A stretch of 35,949 nucleotides of DNA from a virus (IMGVR_UViG_3300020735_000006:1-35949); one strand, 5' to 3'; numbered from the stretch's first letter, positions 28,864-34,319 are shown. A program made the numbers and translations. Notes: a model not told the origin generated them from the sequence alone.

Positions 28864-29268
28864 ATGTCGTATTATGACAAGTTGTGTGAAGTAGACGTAT
28901 TAAAAGGTAAAACATTATCTTCTGTTCATAGAGATGGTGACGAGGAAATCTTGTTTGAAACAGTGGATGGTGACGTCTATCGAATGTTTCACAGCCAAGA
29001 TTGTTGTGAGTCGGTGTATATTGAAAGTATTGTTGGCGATTTACAAGACTTAGTAGGTGAAGAAATCTTAGTAGCTGAAGCAAATGAAAATTTGTTTGAT
29101 ATATTGAAAAATGCAGGTAAAGAAGAAGATGACTGTGATGAATCATACACTTGGACATTCTACAAGTTTGCTACACGTAAAGGTTATGTAGATATTCGTT
29201 GGTATGGATCATCAAATGGTTATTACTCAGAGTCGGTAGACTTTGTAAAAGTACAAGGAGAAGTATAA
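28864..29268 (+). CDS. Hypothetical acidic phage protein
   Basis: AAGGAG RBS; MFHSQDCCESVYIE and IRWYGSSNGYYSESV motifs. Confidence 0.75.
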   Translation: MSYYDKLCEVDVLKGKTLSSVHRDGDEEILFETVDGDVYRMFHSQDCCESVYIESIVGDLQDLVGEEILVAEANENLFDILKNAGKEEDDCDESYTWTFYKFATRKGYVDIRWYGSSNGYYSESVDFVKVQGEV

Positions 29269-29474
29269 TGAAAGCAAGAAACATATATGCAGTATTAGCC
29301 AGTAAACGGAAGGCGGGCTCGCACCGCAAGAGCAATAAAGCTCTACGTAAATTAACTAAACAGCGGGATCGTAGCTCAAAGGCAGAGCAAGAGGCTTTTA
29401 ACTTCGAGGTTGTCAGTTCAAGTCTGACCGGTCCCACCATATTAAAACATATTTGCAACCACATGGGAGTGTAA
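29268..29474 (+). CDS. Small Lys/Arg-rich protein whose frame runs through tRNA-Lys (start trimmed from 29199)
   Basis: AAGGAG RBS 8 nt upstream, TAATG coupling; first stop is TAA 29472-74 inside repeat element 1. Confidence 0.55.
   Translation: MKARNIYAVLASKRKAGSHRKSNKALRKLTKQRDRSSKAEQEAFNFEVVSSSLTGPTILKHICNHMGV
29365..29439 (+). tRNA. tRNA-Lys(TTT)
   Basis: Loop CTTTTAA, ACCA (shared with repeat arm). Confidence 0.9.
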
Positions 29475-29503
29475 AGTCCGTGGGGAGTGTGTTTTAATAT
29501 GGT
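29436..29503 (+). repeat. Inverted-repeat cassette element 1 (68 nt)
   Basis: ACCATATTAAAACATA/TGTGTTTTAATATGGT; 63/68 identical to 33611-33678. Confidence 0.9.
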
Positions 29504-29517
29504 ACAAGACGAACAAA

Positions 29518-29592
29518 GGGGGATGGGCAGGGTACCCGGATTTGCTTTGCAAGCAGATAGCCTGATCGGTTCGAGTCCGATATTCTCCACCA
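29518..29592 (+). tRNA. tRNA-Ala(TGC), second copy
   Basis: G3-U70, loop TTTGCAA, ACCA; D-arm weak. Confidence 0.78.
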
Positions 29593-29596
29593 ATTA

Positions 29597-29616
29597 CTTG
29601 TATGTTTTAATATGGT
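29597..29616 (+). repeat. Extra right arm of the repeat family closing the tRNA-Ala cassette
   Basis: CTTGTATGTTTTAATATGGT complements ACCATATTAAAACATA(29436-51)+CAAG(29505-08). Confidence 0.85.
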
Positions 29617-29656
29617 AGAGCGGCGGAGTAAGCATAAATAACTTAAAGGATATATT

Positions 29657-30268
29657 ATGCTTATTTGTAAATTTTGTAATAAAGAATGTAAGTCGCCGAA
29701 CTCCTGGAGAAACCACGAAAGATTGTGCCACTCAAATCCAAACAGACAAATATCAAGTTTCACTTGGTATAATTACGAAAATAAAGTTGCGTGGAACAAA
29801 GGAAAAACAAAAGCAGAATTCCCTTCACTGGCACGACCTAACCAAATTGGGAAAAAGTTTGGATCTGCACTTACTGGGCACACTGAGGAAACTAAGAAAA
29901 AAATTAGTGCTAAGTTATCAATAAACAATAAGGGAGGAAGATCCAAGTGGTACGAAGTTGCTGGACAAAAAGTACAAGGTACTTGGGAAAGAAATGTTGC
30001 CTTAAAGTTTGAAGAGTTGCACATTAAGTGGGAAAAACTTAAAACAAATAGAGATACACTTGAGTATGTAATGGACGGAAAAACTCGATCTTATACTCCA
30101 GATTTTTTTCTCCCTGATAATAATCTTTATTTAGAAATTAAAGGACATTGGTGGGGCAACGATAGAGAAAAAATGGATATTGTATTAAAAACATATCCTG
30201 ATATAAAGATTATCATCGTTGAAAAAGATGATTACGAAAAGATTTTGCGAGGTGAGCTAGTTTGGTAA
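29657..30268 (+). CDS. Putative free-standing homing endonuclease: zinc finger + NUMOD3-like + PD-(D/E)xK domain
   Basis: CKFC...HERLC, HTEETKKKIS, YTPDFFLPDNNLYLEIKG. Confidence 0.7.
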   Translation: MLICKFCNKECKSPNSWRNHERLCHSNPNRQISSFTWYNYENKVAWNKGKTKAEFPSLARPNQIGKKFGSALTGHTEETKKKISAKLSINNKGGRSKWYEVAGQKVQGTWERNVALKFEELHIKWEKLKTNRDTLEYVMDGKTRSYTPDFFLPDNNLYLEIKGHWWGNDREKMDIVLKTYPDIKIIIVEKDDYEKILRGELVW

Positions 30269-30325
30269 TTCCAGCGTATGCCTGAAGAGCATAAGAACTA
30301 GGTTCGATTCCTAGACCTCGCACCA
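30247..30325 (+). tRNA. tRNA-Phe(GAA), overlaps last codons of endonuclease ORF
   Basis: GCGAGGT/ACCTCGC, loop CTGAAGA, ACCA. Confidence 0.85.
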
Positions 30326-30334
30326 AAGTTCTAT

Positions 30335-30408
30335 TGAGGTATAGTGTAATGGTAACACTACGCACTTTGACTGCGTCATTCTAGGTTCAAGTCCTGGTAC
30401 CTCTACCA
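30335..30408 (+). tRNA. tRNA-Gln(TTG)
   Basis: 1-72 mismatch, loop CTTTGAC, CCA. Confidence 0.88.
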
Positions 30409-30409
30409 A

Positions 30410-31540
30410 CTAAGATATTATATCAGTGAAATATTTGACTATCTCTGGAAAAGTTTCTTTCCAGTTTAATTTACGTTTTTTATCATGAAACTCGATATAT
30501 TGAATAAACGCATTAAATTTATCTTTGTCGAACGGTCTCATTCTATTAACTAGCCAGGGATCGTTTGCGTATTTTGTTTTAATTTCTTCCATCAGATTTG
30601 GGGGAATCGACGAGGTGTTAATAATTCCATTTGTATCAAACCCCTGTAAGAATCTTAGGTCATTACTACTCTTGCGCGGGGGGAAAATTGTTTTTTCCCA
30701 TTCCATATATTGATCGTAATAAAAAATGTTCAATGGGTTAATAGCAGAACTAATTTCCAATTTGATGTCTGGGATGTTTAAATTGATAATATATTTAATA
30801 TTATTTTCAACTTGATCCCACTGCAAAGGCCACCGTAAATAATTAAAATGTTCGCCAATGCCATCAATACTGAAACTAATTTGTAAGGTTTTTAATTGTT
30901 TCCATAATTCAATAGTTTCGGCGTCAGGTTTTTGACTACCGTTAGTGACATATCTCACTGATACTTGATCTAATGGTTTAGATTTTTGAATATCTTTAAG
31001 CGTTTGTTTATGGAATTCACTAAGTAGAGGCTCTCCTCCTAAGAATACTACTAAGTTAACATCATTTAATGAAACAAACTTAAATATGTTGTTATATCGA
31101 TTTGTTGCGTTTACATCTGCAATTATATCGATTTGTTTATTAATTACACTTTTGTTTACTGCATTACTAGAACTATATTTTTGCCATGTTGTACTATTAT
31201 AATCGCCACATATTAAACAGGCAGCATTACAATTAGTATCAATTTGAAATTCCAAGGATGTAACTTTGTTGATTTCGAGGACATTAGTGATCCCAACTAT
31301 AGATGGTTTCTTTTCGGCGATTTGTCTGGGTGATATAACATTACGACTTTCTTTTTCTTGGCAAAAATTGCATTCGGGTACCCAATCGTCGATTTGTCCT
31401 AACCAATTTTGATATTCATTGAATTCATCTTGTGTACTACTCATAATATTAAATTTCTTAGTAATCCAACAACACGGTGCATAATCATTGTATTCAACAC
31501 GTGCTTGATTTTTTAGATATAAACAAAAAGGTTTTTTCAT
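30410..31540 (-). CDS. Radical SAM protein (start trimmed from 31576)
   Basis: CNAACLIC CxxxCxxC, FLGGEPLL, YVTNGS, FSIDGIG. Confidence 0.85.
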   Translation of the reverse strand: MKKPFCLYLKNQARVEYNDYAPCCWITKKFNIMSSTQDEFNEYQNWLGQIDDWVPECNFCQEKESRNVISPRQIAEKKPSIVGITNVLEINKVTSLEFQIDTNCNAACLICGDYNSTTWQKYSSSNAVNKSVINKQIDIIADVNATNRYNNIFKFVSLNDVNLVVFLGGEPLLSEFHKQTLKDIQKSKPLDQVSVRYVTNGSQKPDAETIELWKQLKTLQISFSIDGIGEHFNYLRWPLQWDQVENNIKYIINLNIPDIKLEISSAINPLNIFYYDQYMEWEKTIFPPRKSSNDLRFLQGFDTNGIINTSSIPPNLMEEIKTKYANDPWLVNRMRPFDKDKFNAFIQYIEFHDKKRKLNWKETFPEIVKYFTDIIS

Positions 31541-31641
31541 GCTATTATTTATAGAAACATTTTGTTGTATAAACAATTAACCGTGTCAACTTAGCTGTAG
31601 CTTAAGGCGTTAATATAGTATGCAAACTACAGGAGACTATT

Positions 31642-31773
31642 ATGTCACCAATGCTACTTCAAGTTAAAGAACTATTAAGTCGTAATTTAGATGCTTTTGA
31701 AATTGCTCACCGCTTACACATCAATATCGATAGTGTAAATTCTGCGATTGAGTTACTAACCCGAATAAATTAA
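31642..31773 (+). CDS. Small hypothetical protein, HTH-like, 43 aa (not in ORF track)
   Basis: AGGAG RBS; LDAFEIAHRLHINIDSVNSAIELL. Confidence 0.55.
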   Translation: MSPMLLQVKELLSRNLDAFEIAHRLHINIDSVNSAIELLTRIN

Positions 31774-31774
31774 C

Positions 31775-31849
31775 CCGCCCATAGTATAATGGAGAATACA
31801 GAAGGCTTCTACCCTTTTGATGTGAGTTCGATTCTTGCTGGGCGGACCA
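31775..31849 (+). tRNA. tRNA-Arg(TCT)
   Basis: Loop CTTCTAC, ACCA. Confidence 0.9.
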
Positions 31850-31855
31850 AACAAT

Positions 31856-31931
31856 GGTGACATTAGTGTAGAGGTTCGCACCCGACTCTGTGAAAGTCGT
31901 AGTATGGGATCGTTCCCCATATGTTACCCCA
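31856..31931 (+). tRNA. tRNA-His(GTG), T-loop ATCGTTC
   Basis: G-1:C73 8-bp acceptor, loop CTGTGAA. Confidence 0.85.
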
Positions 31932-31937
31932 AACAAT

Positions 31938-32029
31938 GCCAGCGAGACTTGGAAGTCAGAGAGGTCTTATACACCTTTTAGCGCCAGATTAGCGTTCTTG
32001 AGAAGGTTCGATCCCTTCCGCTGGTACCA
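31938..32029 (+). tRNA. Atypical tRNA with TAT anticodon (Ile), short D-arm and long variable arm
   Basis: GCCAGCG/CGCTGGT ACCA, loop CTTATAC, T-arm GAAGG-TTCGATC-CCTTC. Confidence 0.7.
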
Positions 32030-32036
32030 AAAATAC

Positions 32037-32126
32037 GGAAGAATGTCTGAGTCTGGCTTAAGGAAACAGTCTTGAAAACTGTCGGCTGTAAAAGGTCCGT
32101 GGGTTCGAATCCCACTTCTTCCTCCA
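32037..32126 (+). tRNA. tRNA-Ser(TGA)
   Basis: Loop CTTGAAA, variable arm, CCA. Confidence 0.9.
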
Positions 32127-32133
32127 ATACTAT

Positions 32134-32211
32134 GCAACGGTGGCAGAGTGGCCCAATGCACCAGCCTGCAAAGCTGAAACCCCGTGTGTTCGAATCACAC
32201 CCGTTGCTCCA
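32134..32211 (+). tRNA. tRNA-Cys(GCA)
   Basis: Loop CTGCAAA, TCCA. Confidence 0.88.
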
Positions 32212-32244
32212 AATAGTGTTGCAAAAATACAACGGTTGAAATAG

Positions 32245-32273
32245 TTGTCCGTTAATTCCCAATATTGTATAAT
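32245..32273 (+). promoter_or_regulatory. Sigma70 promoter P1 of repeat array
   Basis: TTGTCC-17 nt-TATAAT. Confidence 0.75.
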
Positions 32274-32294
32274 AGTTGTATATTAAGTAATACA

Positions 32295-32309
32295 GCTCAT
32301 TAACAATTT
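32295..32309 (+). promoter_or_regulatory. rrn-type boxA-like antitermination site 1
   Basis: GCTCATTAACAATTT versus E. coli rrn GCTCTTTAACAATTT. Confidence 0.6.
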
Positions 32310-32315
32310 ATTGGC

Positions 32316-32418
32316 ACTATATTAAATCAAACTTTGAAAATCCGTAGGTGATCGGGTAGTTGCTTGTATTACTATGAGTAATAGGTTGCTCCGACAGGTT
32401 AGTATGTTTTAATATGGT
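32316..32418 (+). repeat. Inverted-repeat cassette element 3 (degenerate)
   Basis: ACTATATTAAATCAAACT/AGTATGTTTTAATATGGT. Confidence 0.7.
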
Positions 32419-32446
32419 TGTCCAATAAAGATCATAATGCTATAAT
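32418..32446 (+). promoter_or_regulatory. Sigma70 promoter P2 of repeat array (extended -10)
   Basis: TTGTCC-17 nt-TGC-preceded TATAAT. Confidence 0.78.
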
Positions 32447-32464
32447 ACTTGTATAGTAATTAAA

Positions 32465-32479
32465 GTTCATTAACAATTT
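32465..32479 (+). promoter_or_regulatory. boxA-like site 2
   Basis: GTTCATTAACAATTT at similar distance from promoter as site 1. Confidence 0.6.
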
Positions 32480-32507
32480 GAGTAGAATATAAGCACCCTG
32501 GGAAGGG

Positions 32508-32604
32508 TTACTATATTGAAATGTATTAGTCTACGTCAGTACTAGGACTTCTGTGCGATAAGCGGCTACCTAGATAAGCCCACTAGTGCGTTTCAATATA
32601 GTAA
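32508..32604 (+). repeat. Inverted-repeat cassette element 4
   Basis: TTACTATATTGAAATGTATTAG/CTAGTGCGTTTCAATATAGTAA, 22 bp with 3 G-U. Confidence 0.9.
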
Positions 32605-32764
32605 GGTTGGCGGGCAGAGGCCCGGATTGAGTGGATGGACCTTTATCTGGTCCTACCCGCAAGAGATAGTCTGGTGGTCGCAGAGCAAGTACGCGGAGAT
32701 GCAGTCAAGAACGTTGCGTCGACGCAACGGAGGAGATAGTACCAGGGAAAGCGAAAACAACATA

Positions 32765-32848
32765 CTATATTAAAGCATACTCTGCTGAAGCTGATGCCCG
32801 GGCTTGGTTCCCGATGGTAATCGTCGGAAGGAGTGTGTTTTACGATAG
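32765..32848 (+). repeat. Inverted-repeat cassette element 5
   Basis: CTATATTAAAGCATACTC/GAGTGTGTTTTACGATAG, 16 of 18 paired. Confidence 0.75.
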
Positions 32849-32929
32849 AACTAAGTTGCTAGAAGCTTAGTCTGACGGCTGGTTAGGGATACACGGTGTC
32901 CGCGGTATAAGTGAACCAGAACTTCGAGT

Positions 32930-33028
32930 GCTGATAGGTAAGCTATCTACTATATTGAAATACTTTGCAACGGCAGCTGATAGGTAAGCTATCTACTATA
33001 TTGAAATACTTTGCAACGGCAGCTGATA
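32930..33028 (+). repeat. Perfect 46-bp tandem duplication containing a left repeat arm
   Basis: GCTGATAGGTAAGCTATCTACTATATTGAAATACTTTGCAACGGCA twice plus GCTGATA. Confidence 0.95.
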
Positions 33029-33110
33029 ATGCCAGATAGACGAACAGCGTATAAGCGGTGCACCGCCCAATTCTTAGTAGGTCTATGAAGTAGAGTGTTT
33101 CAATATAGTA
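32994..33110 (+). repeat. Inverted-repeat cassette element 6
   Basis: TACTATATTGAAATACTTT/AGAGTGTTTCAATATAGTA, 19 bp with 2 G-U. Confidence 0.9.
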
Positions 33111-33244
33111 TCCGTTCGTATATGGTAGTATATACAGTTGGGTGAAAGGTGGAACTACTCGAAGGTGCGGCCGCACTAGTTGAGACTATCACTAAGTAGC
33201 TTTTGGACAACTGTGGATAGGTTCGATTCCTATTACGGAGACTA
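33110..33244 (+). ncRNA. tRNA-like RNA with 67-nt insert replacing anticodon loop
   Basis: TCCGT/ACGGA acceptor core, D-like GTATAT/ATATAC, AGTTG/CAACT stem, T-arm ATAGG-TTCGATT-CCTAT. Confidence 0.65.
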
Positions 33245-33338
33245 TATTGAAATGCATTTATATGCTAAACGGTACAGCCGACCTGTTAAAGGGTTAGATG
33301 TAAGGTTCGAGTCCTTACTAAGTGTGTTTCAATATGGT
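33241..33338 (+). repeat. Inverted-repeat cassette element 7, enclosing an Asn-like pseudo-tRNA (33254-33325)
   Basis: 20-bp stem with 4 G-U; inside D-loop AAACGGTAC, CTGTTAA-containing irregular loop, T-arm GTAAGG-TTCGAGT-CCTTAC. Confidence 0.88.
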
Positions 33339-33451
33339 GACAGTATGAGCGTGGTACGATCCTCGAGGTAAGTGCTCGGACATACGCTATTATTTACAGG
33401 GATTAATTACCCCTTAGTAGTAGAGATCCAGGTTCGATTCCTGGTCATTAT
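33334..33451 (+). ncRNA. tRNA-like RNA with enlarged D-arm region; acceptor built from repeat arms
   Basis: ATGGTGA/TCATTAT, T-arm CCAGG-TTCGATT-CCTGG. Confidence 0.6.
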
Positions 33452-33553
33452 ATTGAAACATATTAAATTCTAGACACACTAGAGCACTGAGGTCGTGTGT
33501 TATGCCCCCAAAGGCGAGCTTAGAGACTTCTGCATAGTATGTTTCAATATGGT
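33447..33553 (+). repeat. Inverted-repeat cassette element 8
   Basis: ATTATATTGAAACATATTA/TAGTATGTTTCAATATGGT, 19 bp with 3 G-U. Confidence 0.9.
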
Positions 33554-33610
33554 GAGTCGGACAAACGTGTATGGACAACCGGGCAACTGGGGCTAATCCT
33601 ACACACCGAC

Positions 33611-33678
33611 ACCATATTAAAACACATTTGCAACCACATGGGAGTGCAATATCCGCGGGGAGTGTGTTTTAATATGGT
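33611..33678 (+). repeat. Inverted-repeat cassette element 9 (copy of element 1)
   Basis: ACCATATTAAAACACA/TGTGTTTTAATATGGT perfect 16 bp. Confidence 0.92.
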
Positions 33679-33803
33679 AAGTAACAGTAGATCGGGAGGG
33701 AGGTCGTTGCTAGTCACAATGGACCCCAAACAGAGTCGCTGTGAAGTCAGACAATAGAGAAGGACAACTCCGTGACTGGACTACTCCGAATCCACGATAC
33801 GAC

Positions 33804-33931
33804 GCCATATTGAAATGTATTTGACGGGAGTCGCTTGCCAAGAGCCGCAAGTGGGCCACCCGGTGGAGCTGTCACTCTGCGAAAAGCCACTATGACAGTA
33901 GTGGAACATATTAAGTACGTTTCAATATGGT
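33804..33931 (+). repeat. Inverted-repeat cassette element 10
   Basis: GCCATATTGAAATGTATTT/AAGTACGTTTCAATATGGT, 19 bp with 3 G-U. Confidence 0.9.
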
Positions 33932-34052
33932 TGTGTTCGCAAGCTAAGTAGCGTAGTGGTACGCCAGCTGGTAATTTCCAGTCCTTGCCCTTAGAGAGTA
34001 AACGCGATGCTCTCGTAAAGTGAGGTAGGTTCGATTCCTACTACAGCCACCA
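33929..34052 (+). ncRNA. 124-nt tRNA-like RNA with 7-bp acceptor, T-arm and ACCA but rebuilt D/anticodon region
   Basis: GGTTGTG/TACAGCC ACCA; GTAGG-TTCGATT-CCTAC; GCAAG/CTTGC domain with two hairpins; GAGAGTA/TGCTCTC arm. Confidence 0.7.
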
Positions 34053-34058
34053 AAATTT

Positions 34059-34133
34059 GGTCTCATGGTATAATGGTTATTACACCGGCCTGTCACGTCG
34101 GATACAGGGGTTCAATTCCCCTTGAGACCGCCA
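34059..34133 (+). tRNA. tRNA-Asp(GTC)
   Basis: Loop CTGTCAC, GCCA. Confidence 0.92.
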
Positions 34134-34139
34134 AATTAT

Positions 34140-34214
34140 ACTCTGTTCGTCTATCGGTTAGGACCCAAGGTTTTCAACCTTGTAAGAGGAGTTCAACTCT
34201 CCTACAGAGTACCA
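34140..34214 (+). tRNA. tRNA-Glu(TTC)
   Basis: Loop TTTTCAA, ACCA. Confidence 0.9.
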
Positions 34215-34217
34215 AAT

Positions 34218-34318
34218 TCCAGTCATGGTGCGTATGCGACCCAGGGATTAGTATCAAGGTGTTCGAACACCGACATACTGATTGTAAAGTGTACGAGTGG
34301 TTCAATTCCACTACTGGT
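34218..34318 (+). ncRNA. tRNA-like RNA without CCA
   Basis: CCAGT/ACTGG, T-arm AGTGG-TTCAATT-CCACT, long ATTAGTAT/ATACTGAT arm. Confidence 0.5.
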
Positions 34319-34319
34319 C

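Noticed and set aside
29440-29503. Theta/HDV-like ribozyme after tRNA-Lys
   Set aside because: No G-initiated P1 or nested double pseudoknot visible; needs Infernal to exclude fully
4890-31576. Longest-ORF starts at 4890, 6359, 11943, 25394, 29199 and 31576
   Set aside because: Downstream ATGs fit promoter, RBS and overlap constraints better
32783-32830. Hammerhead ribozyme in element 5 (CTGATG...GAAG)
   Set aside because: Core reads CUGAUGC rather than CUGANGA and lacks a proper GAAA/UH arrangement
33141-33207. Group I or archaeal BHB intron in the anticodon loop
   Set aside because: Too short for group I, no clear bulge-helix-bulge, and no canonical 7-nt loop is evidently restored by removal
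32316-33931. CRISPR or TIGR array
   Set aside because: Repeats alternate in orientation, intervals vary widely and are highly structured, and no cas- or Tas-like gene is recognisable in the window
32316-33931. DNA inversion shufflon
   Set aside because: G-U-biased variation and pair-specific covariation point to single-strand folding; no invertase in the window; not fully excluded
23775-34214. Stop-codon recoding via suppressor tRNA
   Set aside because: No CTA/TTA/TCA anticodon in a canonical cloverleaf; core genes are full length in the standard code
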